DNA of 53,890 nt from an uncultured virus (IMG/VR IMGVR_UViG_3300032321_001739). Lineage: Duplodnaviria; Heunggongvirae; Uroviricota; Caudoviricetes. The notes under the pieces are model-generated. The model worked only from the letters and a program-made list of their open reading frames with translations, did no database searches and was not told where the DNA came from. Location: the IMG/VR virus record IMGVR_UViG_3300032321_001739; one strand, written 5' to 3'. This document shows, in pieces, positions 1 to 10,323 of the stretch (position 1 is the stretch's first letter; the number at the start of each line of letters is the position of its first letter). A program made the translations under genes and the position numbers.

Positions 1-378
1 TTTGATAAGATTAAATCTAATTGGGGTGGTCATTGTATTTTCTTTTACTCTGATGAAAAAGATGCTGAAGGACTTTTCTTTCTTACACGTTCTATAGATA
101 CTAGGTATTGGGAGTTTGGACATTTATGGAGAATTGAAATAACTTGTGGTGACCAAATACATCCAAATGGTGACAGACCAATTACTTATAATATTTACAG
201 ACCTTTCATTGGAGAAGAAACTGAAGAAGAAATTGATAAAGAGATAAACTTACTCATTGAAAATATGCACTATCATTTCCACCACGATAATTTTATGTCT
301 GGCTTTAATATGGATAGAACTAAGTATGACCTGAAAGAGTGGAAAAGAGAAATGAAGTTAAATGATTTAGGGTTATGA
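1..378 (+). CDS. Partial (5'-truncated) hypothetical protein with C-terminal RExKLxxLGL tag
   Basis: Frame 1 is open from base 1 to TGA 376-378 and ends ...KEWKREMKLNDLGL*. The stop overlaps the next ATG (ATGA). Not in the supplied ORF track. Confidence 0.8.
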   Translation, partial: FDKIKSNWGGHCIFFYSDEKDAEGLFFLTRSIDTRYWEFGHLWRIEITCGDQIHPNGDRPITYNIYRPFIGEETEEEIDKEINLLIENMHYHFHHDNFMSGFNMDRTKYDLKEWKREMKLNDLGL

Positions 379-707
379 AAATAATTTGTGATGATACTAC
401 CTCTAAAGAGATAGTAGATATATTCTTTCACTTTGATGAAAATAGAGAAAGGTATATCAGAATTGATTGGATTCATCTAACCAAAGGAACTTCTTCTAGA
501 AGAGAAAAACCGGGTGATCCTCTGAAGCAAGTGATTGTTGATTGTATTCAAGTAAGAGGTAAATCACATTTAGGTTATGATGGAGACTCTACAAATGGCA
601 CTCGTTATGTATATGAAGGTGATGCACTTTTCAAAGAGTTAAATAATTGGATGATTAATCATCAAACAATTAAAAGAGATATTAAGTTAAAAGAATTGGG
701 ACTATGA
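375..707 (+). CDS. Hypothetical protein, C-terminal tag (RDIKLKELGL)
   Basis: ORF track; ATGA-coupled to neighbours. Confidence 0.75.
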   Translation: MKIICDDTTSKEIVDIFFHFDENRERYIRIDWIHLTKGTSSRREKPGDPLKQVIVDCIQVRGKSHLGYDGDSTNGTRYVYEGDALFKELNNWMINHQTIKRDIKLKELGL

Positions 708-997
708 AATTGAAATATAAAAGAGGAGATTCCTGTCATATAAAAAAGGCTAGTAAGTTTGTAGAAGGTTCAATAGTCAAGTTGGATATGCCATATCATG
801 GAAGTTCATGCTATAAAGAAGGAGATATCAGATACTTTGTTACTGAAAAGAAAACTATAACAATAAGCGCAAAAGAACTCTTATTAGGTAAGTATGATAA
901 AAATGATATAACACAAACTTATTCAGAGAGCGATCTTATATCGTGGGAAAGAGAATGGAAAATAAATCAATTATATGAGAAAGATACACTTATCTAA
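704..997 (+). CDS. Hypothetical SH3/KOW-like protein, C-terminal tag (REWKINQL)
   Basis: KYKRGDSCHI start resembles small phage beta-barrel ORFs; operon-coupled. Confidence 0.65.
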   Translation: MKLKYKRGDSCHIKKASKFVEGSIVKLDMPYHGSSCYKEGDIRYFVTEKKTITISAKELLLGKYDKNDITQTYSESDLISWEREWKINQLYEKDTLI

Positions 998-1217
998 GTT
1001 TCCAGAAAGACCACATGTGCTTAAAGCCAGTTTAATGTTTGTTGAAGATAATAAGATATGTGATGGATGTGATGAAAGATCAAAATGTGCTTCTATACGA
1101 ACATTGGGTGATGGAGTTTCAATACTTTGTCAAGATTGCATTGAAGGTATTTTAGAGAGTTTAGATCCATCAGCAGTAAGAGATATTAAATTAAATAAAT
1201 TATTAAATGAATTATAA
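975..1217 (+). CDS. Small zinc-finger protein (CDGC...CQDC), C-terminal tag (RDIKLNKLL)
   Basis: Two CxxC pairs. Confidence 0.7.
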   Translation: MRKIHLSKFPERPHVLKASLMFVEDNKICDGCDERSKCASIRTLGDGVSILCQDCIEGILESLDPSAVRDIKLNKLLNEL

Positions 1218-1557
1218 AGAAATTGTTAGTAAGACAAAAGACAAATTTCAATCAATGTCTTTTATACCCGGAGATACGTTCTCTGAAATGTTATCTTTTT
1301 GGATTGTTGTTATTTCTAATCAGAATGGAATGATTAAAACACTAGAAGGAAATTCCGGTGGGCTAAAATTGGTTACTTACCAATCACCAGAAGAATTTAA
1401 ATCTAAGTGTCAATATAAACACAGTGATGGGTATTGGATTGAATTTATGTCAAACAACACACAAAAGAAATCCGACTTTATTGAATACTATTTTGAACAA
1501 GAGAAAATGAAAGTTGATGAAATTAGAGATTTTAAGTTAAATGACTTAGGAATATAA
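1207..1557 (+). CDS. Hypothetical protein, C-terminal tag (RDFKLNDLGI)
   Basis: ORF track. Confidence 0.75.
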   Translation: MNYKEIVSKTKDKFQSMSFIPGDTFSEMLSFWIVVISNQNGMIKTLEGNSGGLKLVTYQSPEEFKSKCQYKHSDGYWIEFMSNNTQKKSDFIEYYFEQEKMKVDEIRDFKLNDLGI

Positions 1558-1574
1558 TTTTAAATATATAACTT

Positions 1575-2231
1575 ATGTTAACAACTATTTTTATTATATT
1601 AAACATCGTTCTTTTAGAAATCGTTCTAAGTATCGATAACGCCGCAGTTCTATCAACAATGGTAGGACAACTTCCGAAATATGAACAGAAAAAAGCCTTA
1701 ACCTGGGGAATCCTCGGAGCTTATCTTTTTAGAGGAGTAGCTCTTCTTTTTGCTACTGTTTTAATCAAACTGATTTGGTTAAAAGTAGTAGGTGGTCTTT
1801 ACTTAGTTTATTTAGGAATAAAATCACTTAGTTATCAATCCGATACTAAAGAAAAACATCCTGTTAAATTACCTTTCTTAAATACATTTTGGTCAACCGT
1901 TGTTATGGTTGAGTTTATGGATATCATCTTTAGTATTGATAATATCTTTTCAGCAGTTGCTTTCACAAGCAACTTCTGGGTAATATGCTTTGGTGTGTTT
2001 ATTGGAATATTAGCCATTCGATTTGCTACCACTAAAATGATTGAATTGGTTAAAAAGATTCCAGTAATTGAAAAGATAGCTTTTATTGTAATTGGGGTAT
2101 TAGGAATTAAACTAGTCTTATCATCGTTTTTTCCACAACTAACTACTGAATTAGTTGATTTACTATTCTCTCTTTTAACACTTGTAGCATTTGCAGCACC
2201 GGTTGTTATATCTAAGCTTAAATCAAAATAA
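1575..2231 (+). CDS. terC: TerC/Alx family integral membrane protein
   Basis: LEIVLSIDNA and DIIFSIDNI motifs; multiple TM helices. Confidence 0.9.
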   Translation: MLTTIFIILNIVLLEIVLSIDNAAVLSTMVGQLPKYEQKKALTWGILGAYLFRGVALLFATVLIKLIWLKVVGGLYLVYLGIKSLSYQSDTKEKHPVKLPFLNTFWSTVVMVEFMDIIFSIDNIFSAVAFTSNFWVICFGVFIGILAIRFATTKMIELVKKIPVIEKIAFIVIGVLGIKLVLSSFFPQLTTELVDLLFSLLTLVAFAAPVVISKLKSK

Positions 2232-2258
2232 TATTTTCCATTTCTAATATATAGAAAT

Positions 2259-2585
2259 ATGAAACATATTAAGAAATTTAACGAAAGTTCAGAAACTAAA
2301 AAATCAGAGTTAGAAGATTTTGCTGCTATAAGGTATAAAGGAGCTGAAAAAATTTCAGATAACGCAAAAGAAAAAGGTGGTTTAGCACTTTTAACTTGGA
2401 GACACTTTAAAGTAAAACTTCCTTATTATAAAAAAGCAGCTGAAGGTAAATTAGATTTAGATGAAGCAAAAAAAGAATTTAATCAAACACTTAAATCTAT
2501 TTCTTTAGATATGTCTCAAACTGAATTTCAAACAGAAGTAGGAAGACTTGAAGTATTAGGTGAACTGTTAATTAAAAATTCTTAA
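2259..2585 (+). CDS. Hypothetical protein with N-terminal leader MKHIKKFNES
   Basis: ORF track; TAATATATA at 2245-2253. Confidence 0.75.
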   Translation: MKHIKKFNESSETKKSELEDFAAIRYKGAEKISDNAKEKGGLALLTWRHFKVKLPYYKKAAEGKLDLDEAKKEFNQTLKSISLDMSQTEFQTEVGRLEVLGELLIKNS

Positions 2586-2905
2586 ATATCTAAGTAAGAT
2601 TCTATTTGTTTTTTAAATACTTGCCAATCTGAAGGAATTGTTTTAAAACGACTCATTCTAACAAATACTAATTGATTGCCAAATTTTTCCAATGTATATC
2701 CCTCATGAGATTTAGTTATTATCTCACCATTTGGAAGTTCAGCAGTTTGATTATTAACTACACCGCCCATAGATTCAATATCACCCTTTTCCTCTTTATT
2801 AAAGTAAAGAGGATTAAATTCTTGAGATTGACCAGTGGATCTCATATAAGACTGAAGGTCATTTAAACCTTCAGTTGTAAATTCTAAATATCTTTTAATT
2901 TTCAT
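2582..2905 (-). CDS. Hypothetical protein with N-terminal leader MKIKRYLEFTTEG
   Basis: Start overlaps the stop of 2905..4404. Confidence 0.7.
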   Translation of the reverse strand: MKIKRYLEFTTEGLNDLQSYMRSTGQSQEFNPLYFNKEEKGDIESMGGVVNNQTAELPNGEIITKSHEGYTLEKFGNQLVFVRMSRFKTIPSDWQVFKKQIESYLDI

Positions 2906-4404
2906 TATCTATTTATCCTGAACTGTTGAATGTTGAAGAATCCACCCCAATCACCACCCCAACCTGATGTTCCACAATTATCTGTAGAAGAACCAGCTGG
3001 TGTTAATTGTTTGTAGTCTGATATATTATCTAATGTATAAAGAACATATTCATATCCTCCAGCATAATCAGTTTCATCACCGATAATACCAACAATCCAA
3101 GTTGAATCTGGAAGTAAATAATCACCATCTCTATAGTAAGCATATACAGTATCTGGAGCAGTAACTGATTCAGGGACTACTATTTGTGGGTTAGCGCCAG
3201 TAAACTCACTTTGAGTTATGAAAAGACCCCAACTAATTCCACCAATTCCGTAATAAAGAAATTGAGTATTGGAATGTGAAGCTCCTCCTGGCACACCGAA
3301 TGGTGCTACATATGATATAGGTAAAAGTGTTCTTTCTCCTGATCCAAAAGCTTCAAATAAGATACTTGTAATAGTAGGACAAGGTTGAGGTTCTGGAATT
3401 GTTGTGGCAAAAGCTTCCATATTAACTGACTGTTTAGATAAATTTAAAACATCTGTTATTAAAACTTTATAAGTTGTATCATGTTCTAAGGATTCGGAAA
3501 ACTCTGTCAGGTTTATAGAAAATCCTTTTTTAGTCTCGGATGAAATATTTCCTATGCGAATATATTCAGGTTCAGATGGGTTAAGAAGTGGGGATCCCAC
3601 AACAGAAGTAACAATTGCTTGAGCGCCACTTCCTCCGTTACCACCAAATAAATCAAGTCTATCACCAACTTCGTATCCACTACCACCAGCTAACGGATTT
3701 GTTATCACAGCTGTATTGGTCTCATTGACATATCCATATTGGTCTACTCCACCACTTTTAATAATACCACCCCATTCTGGAATTGTTACACTAGTAACAT
3801 GACCTTCAGGATCAGTTTCAACTTGACATATAACAGAATCATCGTTAGTTGAGACAACTTCTCCATTTGTATAATAATTACCACCTTCACCATTATACAA
3901 TTCTACGTCAAGTATGTATCCTTGAGGAAGTGCAATTATTAGAATTTCTCTAGGTTCTAAGCTATTTGTAAAAACTTCTTCAGTAAATGTTAACTTTATT
4001 TCTTCCAAGCTTATGATTTCTATAGTCATTGAATTTCCTTCAGGAAGTTCTCTTGGTTTAAATCCACCTTTTATTGAAGTTAACTGACTAGCAACAGTTG
4101 GTGCTCCATCAACAAGTGCTGGGTAAATTCTATGATTTAATGTTTCTACCTCGTTCATTAGGTCATATTTCACGCCCTCTGTAGGTCTTTTTGTAACTCT
4201 CATATACATAGCTTCATCAATTCTATCCCATACTAAATACATAAGTGTGGTATCATTTTTTGATCCAATGTATCCTTTCCAAATGATTACCGACCTATTT
4301 GCTTCATTTAAATCAAATGAATCAGTAGTTATTAAAAGGTCAAATTCACCGTCTCTTGGTGATTCCGGAAATCTAATTGATTCGTCTTTTGTGAATTGTG
4401 CCAT
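2905..4404 (-). CDS. Putative virion structural/fibre protein, paralogue of 5448..7382
   Basis: Gly-rich GGSGY-type repeats; N- and C-terminal blocks shared with 5448..7382. Confidence 0.6.
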   Translation of the reverse strand: MAQFTKDESIRFPESPRDGEFDLLITTDSFDLNEANRSVIIWKGYIGSKNDTTLMYLVWDRIDEAMYMRVTKRPTEGVKYDLMNEVETLNHRIYPALVDGAPTVASQLTSIKGGFKPRELPEGNSMTIEIISLEEIKLTFTEEVFTNSLEPREILIIALPQGYILDVELYNGEGGNYYTNGEVVSTNDDSVICQVETDPEGHVTSVTIPEWGGIIKSGGVDQYGYVNETNTAVITNPLAGGSGYEVGDRLDLFGGNGGSGAQAIVTSVVGSPLLNPSEPEYIRIGNISSETKKGFSINLTEFSESLEHDTTYKVLITDVLNLSKQSVNMEAFATTIPEPQPCPTITSILFEAFGSGERTLLPISYVAPFGVPGGASHSNTQFLYYGIGGISWGLFITQSEFTGANPQIVVPESVTAPDTVYAYYRDGDYLLPDSTWIVGIIGDETDYAGGYEYVLYTLDNISDYKQLTPAGSSTDNCGTSGWGGDWGGFFNIQQFRINR

Positions 4405-4466
4405 GTCTTGTATTTACTTTTTTTTATATATTAATTATCAAAAATCAATTAATGATAATAAAAAAA

Positions 4467-5435
4467 TTATTCTATTAATTTTAAGTAACTTTCCATAACC
4501 ACATCTTTATGAAAATCTTTAAAATCACCAACTTTATTAAATTGATATTTCTTTTCAAAAGATAATCTTAATGCCATTTTATACTCTGAATAATCAGGTT
4601 CTTCCCAAATTGAAGATGTGTCATAAATAGCCAAACTGATACCTTTGAAAATTGGTATATTACTACAACTAATCATAATAGAATTATCTTTATCTAAAAA
4701 GTCAGTATATCCACTTATCTTTGAATCTAAACATATGATATCCTTTTTTAGAACAGCAGCATTTAAAAGTGGAATACAAAAACCTTCCATATATGAAAGA
4801 CACACATAACAATCACAATTTATCATAAGTGAGTAAATATTTTCTTTTGAAATAAATTCATCAATAATAATTATCTCACATTGTATTCCATCTGGTATGA
4901 CTAAATCTTTCTTTTCTTCTAATTTAATTACTAACCTAACATCAGGATTATCTTTAAACTCTTCAACAAAATATTTTAAAATATTTTTAATATTCTTTCT
5001 ATCCCACCCAGATGACTCAGTATAATATGTCCATTTTTTTTCAACAAAATTCTGACTAAAAAATTCATTATCAATTAGTAATTCATCTTCCCAATAGTTT
5101 GGTATTACCTCAATTTTAGATGTAACACCATTATTAATCATAATGTCTTTTCCTACTTTAGATGGAGTCACAACTATATCCCATTGATTTATAATTCTAA
5201 CATTATTTGGTTTGATAACAGTTCCATCTATTGGTTGTATAAGAATGCTTTTATATAGAGGTTTTAAAATATCTCTTCTTTCCATAAAGTGTTGTATATA
5301 AACTTCATCTTTACCTACTACTGGCCAAATATTATACTCAACTATATCGTGTGAATTTTTTGAAAAAAACTCCTTTAAATCCATGTTGATTTTATTTAAA
5401 CTAGGGCAATTTCTATTTGGTATAGACACCTTCAT
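4467..5435 (-). CDS. Glycosyltransferase (GT-B, GT4-like)
   Basis: DRKNI and CDCYVCLSYMEGFCIPLLNAA (EGF-x-x-P-x-x-E/N-A motif). Confidence 0.8.
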   Translation of the reverse strand: MKVSIPNRNCPSLNKINMDLKEFFSKNSHDIVEYNIWPVVGKDEVYIQHFMERRDILKPLYKSILIQPIDGTVIKPNNVRIINQWDIVVTPSKVGKDIMINNGVTSKIEVIPNYWEDELLIDNEFFSQNFVEKKWTYYTESSGWDRKNIKNILKYFVEEFKDNPDVRLVIKLEEKKDLVIPDGIQCEIIIIDEFISKENIYSLMINCDCYVCLSYMEGFCIPLLNAAVLKKDIICLDSKISGYTDFLDKDNSIMISCSNIPIFKGISLAIYDTSSIWEEPDYSEYKMALRLSFEKKYQFNKVGDFKDFHKDVVMESYLKLIE

Positions 5436-5447
5436 AATATAATAGTT

Positions 5448-7382
5448 TTAAATTCTATCTATTCTAAATTCTAGAATATCTCCTCCCCATTCACCTCCCC
5501 AATCAGATACACCACATTTAGCAGAAGATGAACCAGCAGGAGTCAATTGAATAATGTCACCAATTTGTTCAAATGTATACAGAACATAATAGTAAGAACT
5601 ATCATAATCTAATTCTGATCCAATAATTCCAACAATCCAAGAAGTCTCATTTAAAAGATATTTTTTTCCTACTAACGGATAATAAGCATAAATTAAATCC
5701 GGTTTCTTTACACTATCAGGAATTACTATTTCTGATTTGATTATTAGTTCTGGATATTTCGATAGACCACTTTGAAAAGAATCCCAACTAATTCCTTTTT
5801 GCCAGTAAATGAAATTTAACGCATCAACTTCTTTTAAGTATGTTGATATTTCTTTTGGATAAATCTTTACAGGTCCTGACCCATAAGCATTCATATAGAT
5901 GTGTTTTATTGCACTACAAGATCTTGGTTGATTAATTGTTAAAGCCATCGAGGTAACCGTAGAAGGCTCTTTAGCTAAATTATAAACATCAGTAACAATA
6001 ATTCCATAGTATGTTGAGTAATCTACATCTTCAGATAGAATTAAATAAACTGTATCAGTTTTCTCTTCATCATATTTAACAGAATCAATTTTTATTTTAG
6101 CAGCAAGTTCACCTTCTAATTGAGTTTTTGGTTCACCCGATATAACCTGAAACTCATTAGATGTTGATATTAATTCTCTAGTGTAAGCAAATCCACCACC
6201 ATTACCACCTTTAGTCCATTTAGTAAACTGAAATTTCCAATAATACCCTGTTGAATTATCACGCATCACCAGTTCAGTATCTAAGATATTATCTCCAATA
6301 GACCCATTAAGAGCGTTATAAAAATTACTATATTTTCTTGTAGTCAGATTTGATAAATCATTATAACCAGAGAATCCATCTCTTTCATCTGAATAAATAC
6401 TATTCCATTCTGTGCTTAACGGTGATGAATACTCACTATCATTATAGTAAGTTTCTGATACTGAATTGTATAAACCACCTTGATTATTTCTTGCAAGAAC
6501 TACAGATGTTGAAACAGTATCTTGTTCTGTTCCATTATCCAATTTTTCAAATGATACTATATTAGCAGTAGTTGATACAGTTCCAACTGTAAAGGTTGCC
6601 CTTTCATCACCTCCGTCTAAAGTTAAAACATCATTAACTTGATAATTATAACCACCATCATAAATAGTTACCTCACTAATATCTCCACCAGATACATCAG
6701 TAATAACAATAGTAGCATCTCCACTTCCTCCACTAATAGTTAACTCTTCTTTAAGCACATACCCAGAACCGGGTTGTGAAATACTAACTCTTTCTATTCT
6801 ACCTTCTGAAGTAGTTATATCAACTGATAAATTAGATCCAGATCCACCAGTTACTAATACATCAGTATTATCACTATATCCTAATCCTGGATTAGATATT
6901 TCTATAGTAGTAGGAACCGTTGTTGATGCAACAACATTTGCAATTGCATCTTTACCCCTACCATTAGAAAGATTTACATTTCCAGTAGTGTATTTAGATC
7001 CACTGGTAGTTAATATACCCGAAACAATACATCCATCAGGTAAAGGATAAACCTCAGCTGTTTCAGAATTTATAGTGCTTGAGTAAACTTTATTTTTAAA
7101 CGTTAATTTAATTGTCTTAAGATCGATAAATTCAGCCACCATTGAATTACTTACAGGAATTTCAGAAACAACATAACCTTCTTTTTGTTTTTGTAACTGA
7201 GCAGCCACCGTTGGAAGACCTTCTAAGAATGAAGGATAAATTCTGTGATATTCTCCATCTTCATCAATAACAAAAAGAGCTTTATCAATTCTATCCCAAT
7301 ACATTGATATTGCTGATAGTCCACCAACTCTTGATGAAGATGCTAAAAGCACTTTTCTGTTATTTTGATTTATTTTTTCCAT
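5448..7382 (-). CDS. Putative virion structural/fibre protein with repeated I-x-x-x-G-x-G-Y modules
   Basis: ISNPGLGY, ISQPGSGY, IYDGGYNY repeats; paralogue of 2905..4404. Confidence 0.6.
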   Translation of the reverse strand: MEKINQNNRKVLLASSSRVGGLSAISMYWDRIDKALFVIDEDGEYHRIYPSFLEGLPTVAAQLQKQKEGYVVSEIPVSNSMVAEFIDLKTIKLTFKNKVYSSTINSETAEVYPLPDGCIVSGILTTSGSKYTTGNVNLSNGRGKDAIANVVASTTVPTTIEISNPGLGYSDNTDVLVTGGSGSNLSVDITTSEGRIERVSISQPGSGYVLKEELTISGGSGDATIVITDVSGGDISEVTIYDGGYNYQVNDVLTLDGGDERATFTVGTVSTTANIVSFEKLDNGTEQDTVSTSVVLARNNQGGLYNSVSETYYNDSEYSSPLSTEWNSIYSDERDGFSGYNDLSNLTTRKYSNFYNALNGSIGDNILDTELVMRDNSTGYYWKFQFTKWTKGGNGGGFAYTRELISTSNEFQVISGEPKTQLEGELAAKIKIDSVKYDEEKTDTVYLILSEDVDYSTYYGIIVTDVYNLAKEPSTVTSMALTINQPRSCSAIKHIYMNAYGSGPVKIYPKEISTYLKEVDALNFIYWQKGISWDSFQSGLSKYPELIIKSEIVIPDSVKKPDLIYAYYPLVGKKYLLNETSWIVGIIGSELDYDSSYYYVLYTFEQIGDIIQLTPAGSSSAKCGVSDWGGEWGGDILEFRIDRI

Positions 7383-7433
7383 TTGGTTATTTGAAATTTT
7401 ATTTATATATTAAATAATATAATATATATAAAA

Positions 7434-7997
7434 ATGAAAGGATTAATTGTATTAGACATAGATGAAACCTTAATATCATCTAACATAGTCAAAGAAGATG
7501 AACTACACACCATTGATCAACATCAGTTTGATTTTAATTTTAGCTTAGACGGGGTAGATACCACTTACTATGTGTTTATTAAAAAAAGACCTTTTGTAGA
7601 CCAGTTCTTAGAATACCTTATCGATAACTATAAGATTGCCGTTTTTACAGCAGCTGATAGAGAATACGCTACAAAGATTTTAGAACACTTAGGCATACTT
7701 GATAAATTAGAGTTCTTTAAAAGTAGAGAATCATTAAGCATCGGGTTTGACTGGTTTAAATTAATTGTTTACTTAAAGAAACTAAAGTCAATTCCTGATA
7801 TCGATTTAAAAAAGACTGTTATCATAGATGATACTAAAGAAGTTGCTAATCGTAATTCTAAAAACTTAATTCATGTTAATTCGTTTCAATGGGATAAAAG
7901 GGGATCTGATGGAGATGCTACTTTACTTAAAGTGATTTCTTTATTAGAGAAGATTAAAGACTTACCTGATTGGACTGCAGTAAGAAAACGTATTTAA
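7434..7997 (+). CDS. HAD-superfamily FCP1/NIF-like phosphatase
   Basis: VLDIDETL (DxDxT), KRPFVDQFL, VFTAA...YA, IIDD motifs. Confidence 0.85.
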   Translation: MKGLIVLDIDETLISSNIVKEDELHTIDQHQFDFNFSLDGVDTTYYVFIKKRPFVDQFLEYLIDNYKIAVFTAADREYATKILEHLGILDKLEFFKSRESLSIGFDWFKLIVYLKKLKSIPDIDLKKTVIIDDTKEVANRNSKNLIHVNSFQWDKRGSDGDATLLKVISLLEKIKDLPDWTAVRKRI

Positions 7998-8002
7998 ACA
8001 TC

Positions 8003-8992
8003 TTAAAACGGTTTAACAGAACTTTGTGTAACACCACCAACATTAGTTACTGTTTGAACTCCTGATGTATCTGTTGTTACTACTGCTCCTAACATTAAGT
8101 ATTTAGTATTTACTAAAGAAGATAATGCTGAAGTAGGAGTCAGTTGAGTAGTTTGAGAAGAATCATAAACTGCAGTTCCGATTGTAATTCTCATATTAGT
8201 CCAATAACCTGGCCAATAACCTGCATAGTCTCTACCGATCGTATCAGTTGCTGTATTATAATTAAGTGAGTCAGTAGATGTTGTGGTGCTTCTTACACCA
8301 TCAATATAAACTGCTGCCACTCCATTAGAATTTCGATTATAAATAAAATAATGCCAAGCATTTATTGAAATTGCAGAAGCCATTGTGAATGTGAAAGCTC
8401 CTCCACCACCATTTTTATCAGATTGTATTACCGTATTACTTGAAAAATGTAGGTTCATACAACCTGTTGGATTAGTGACCGGTGAACCCAATATTCCCTT
8501 ATTGTTGAAATTTGAATTATTATAAAACCAACCTTCAACTGTATATGCTCCTGCTCCAAAAATAATACCTGGACTTATAGTTAGATATTGAGAACTTCCA
8601 TTAAATAACAAACTACCGGCCAATGTTGGATTAGTGTAAGAAGTCCAATAACCATTAGAATTTAAATAAGTTAATGCATTAGATGCTGTTAGAAATGATT
8701 GACCAGTTAAATTTAACACAGATGATAAAAAAGTCGCATCTGAAAAAGTAGCTGTTCTTCTAAATCCAACTGATGTTCCTGATATTACCTGTGATACACT
8801 TCCCGAAGTCTTTGGACCTCCATATGGATATCCAATAGCATATCCTAAATCTTCATCTGGACCATTAAACCATTGTAAACCTCCACATCCTGCAGTCCAT
8901 CCAGTTGATTGAATGGCAAGATTTCCGAACTGAGTAGCACCAGTTGGTGCACTTAAACTAGGATTATAAGCAAAAGCTCTTGATGTTGGCAT
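8003..8992 (-). CDS. LamG/concanavalin A-like domain protein, probably virion-associated
   Basis: GSLLFNG, YTVEGWF, WHY, YIDG, MRITIGTAVY pattern. Confidence 0.8.
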   Translation of the reverse strand: MPTSRAFAYNPSLSAPTGATQFGNLAIQSTGWTAGCGGLQWFNGPDEDLGYAIGYPYGGPKTSGSVSQVISGTSVGFRRTATFSDATFLSSVLNLTGQSFLTASNALTYLNSNGYWTSYTNPTLAGSLLFNGSSQYLTISPGIIFGAGAYTVEGWFYNNSNFNNKGILGSPVTNPTGCMNLHFSSNTVIQSDKNGGGGAFTFTMASAISINAWHYFIYNRNSNGVAAVYIDGVRSTTTSTDSLNYNTATDTIGRDYAGYWPGYWTNMRITIGTAVYDSSQTTQLTPTSALSSLVNTKYLMLGAVVTTDTSGVQTVTNVGGVTQSSVKPF

Positions 8993-9002
8993 ATCTTATA
9001 TA

Positions 9003-9716
9003 TTATTTATACGATGTCGTATCTATCGTTTTTAAGATAAAATCACAAACCAATTTATGTCCTTCAGGAGTTGGGTGTATTCCATCTGATGTCTTACTCT
9101 CCAAATCATAAGGTTCAATAAATTGACATCCGGTCAAATCTTGTTTTAATCTTGATTGTAAAGTCTTTCTTTTTTCAACATAAGGAATCCAATCTGTTCT
9201 TTTGCTTAATAGATTAGCTGGTCTTCCAACTGGTAGAATATTGATATCCATAAACCTACCTTCAATCTTCCAACCTAAATTAACCCATACCTCACACCCT
9301 TTGGAATTTGAAATATCAATCATCTTTTGAAAATTACTTATAGTAGTATCTAAAGGAATAGACATATTTGAAGCATCATTTCCACCACCATAAAGGATAA
9401 CTCTATCCCAATTAGATCCAGATTGAAATCTCTTTTTTAAAGCTGATAACATCCAACTGGAGGTTTTTCCACCAATAGCTTCTACATCAATCGTAACTCC
9501 ATATGGTTTAAGCTTCTTTTGTAATAAACTTGGCCAAGTCCAAGTAATAGATTCACCTGATTTAGTTTTTATAGCACTTTGTGAATCACCTATAATTAAG
9601 ATTGTTTTTGGAGGAATTATTGTATCTTTAGTTTCTTTTATATCTAACTGAATCTTATTGACATCTCTGACGTTACTCCAGACTAATAAAGTAAATAGTA
9701 ATACAATCAACTTCAT
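9003..9716 (-). CDS. SGNH/GDSL hydrolase with signal peptide
   Basis: IGDSQS, GGND, DGIHP catalytic blocks. Confidence 0.85.
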   Translation of the reverse strand: MKLIVLLFTLLVWSNVRDVNKIQLDIKETKDTIIPPKTILIIGDSQSAIKTKSGESITWTWPSLLQKKLKPYGVTIDVEAIGGKTSSWMLSALKKRFQSGSNWDRVILYGGGNDASNMSIPLDTTISNFQKMIDISNSKGCEVWVNLGWKIEGRFMDINILPVGRPANLLSKRTDWIPYVEKRKTLQSRLKQDLTGCQFIEPYDLESKTSDGIHPTPEGHKLVCDFILKTIDTTSYK

Positions 9717-9749
9717 AACTTATATATTATTTATTTGATACAATTTACC

Positions 9750-10301
9750 TCATAGTTCATCAAAATTAGAACCTACCTCAAAGTATTTACCATCAGTTGA
9801 TCCACCGATATTATCCAGTTCTTCTCCGTTATATAAAACTTTAGATACCATATCTCCAAAGAAATACTCATTGATTCCTACTTCTGTATCAATAACAAGT
9901 TTTAACTTACTTAAGTCAAATTCATCACACTCAAAACTAGACTCAAAGAATACACCTTTTTCTCCACTAACTGATACAACCATAGGATCTTTAGAACTAA
10001 TAAATTTATCTACATACTCAAATAACTCACATTCAGTATAAAGTAATTCATCAGTGAACTCATAAACCACTTCACCCATCTCATCAGTAATACTAACATT
10101 GAATTTATCTCCAACTCCCCAGTTATGATAGATATCATCTAACTCATAAAAACCAACACCCAGTTCTTCACCTAAGATAATATCCTGTAAGGTATAATCT
10201 TCTGATATCTTTGATTTAATCATATCAACTTGTTCGTTACTTAAACTACCAATAGTAACTTCTGCTCCGTATCCCCAAATAGTAATGTTATACTTTTTCA
10301 T
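9750..10301 (-). CDS. Acidic hypothetical phage protein
   Basis: 183-aa ORF. Confidence 0.65.
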   Translation of the reverse strand: MKKYNITIWGYGAEVTIGSLSNEQVDMIKSKISEDYTLQDIILGEELGVGFYELDDIYHNWGVGDKFNVSITDEMGEVVYEFTDELLYTECELFEYVDKFISSKDPMVVSVSGEKGVFFESSFECDEFDLSKLKLVIDTEVGINEYFFGDMVSKVLYNGEELDNIGGSTDGKYFEVGSNFDEL

Positions 10302-10323
10302 ATTAAATTTTATTTATCATTTA

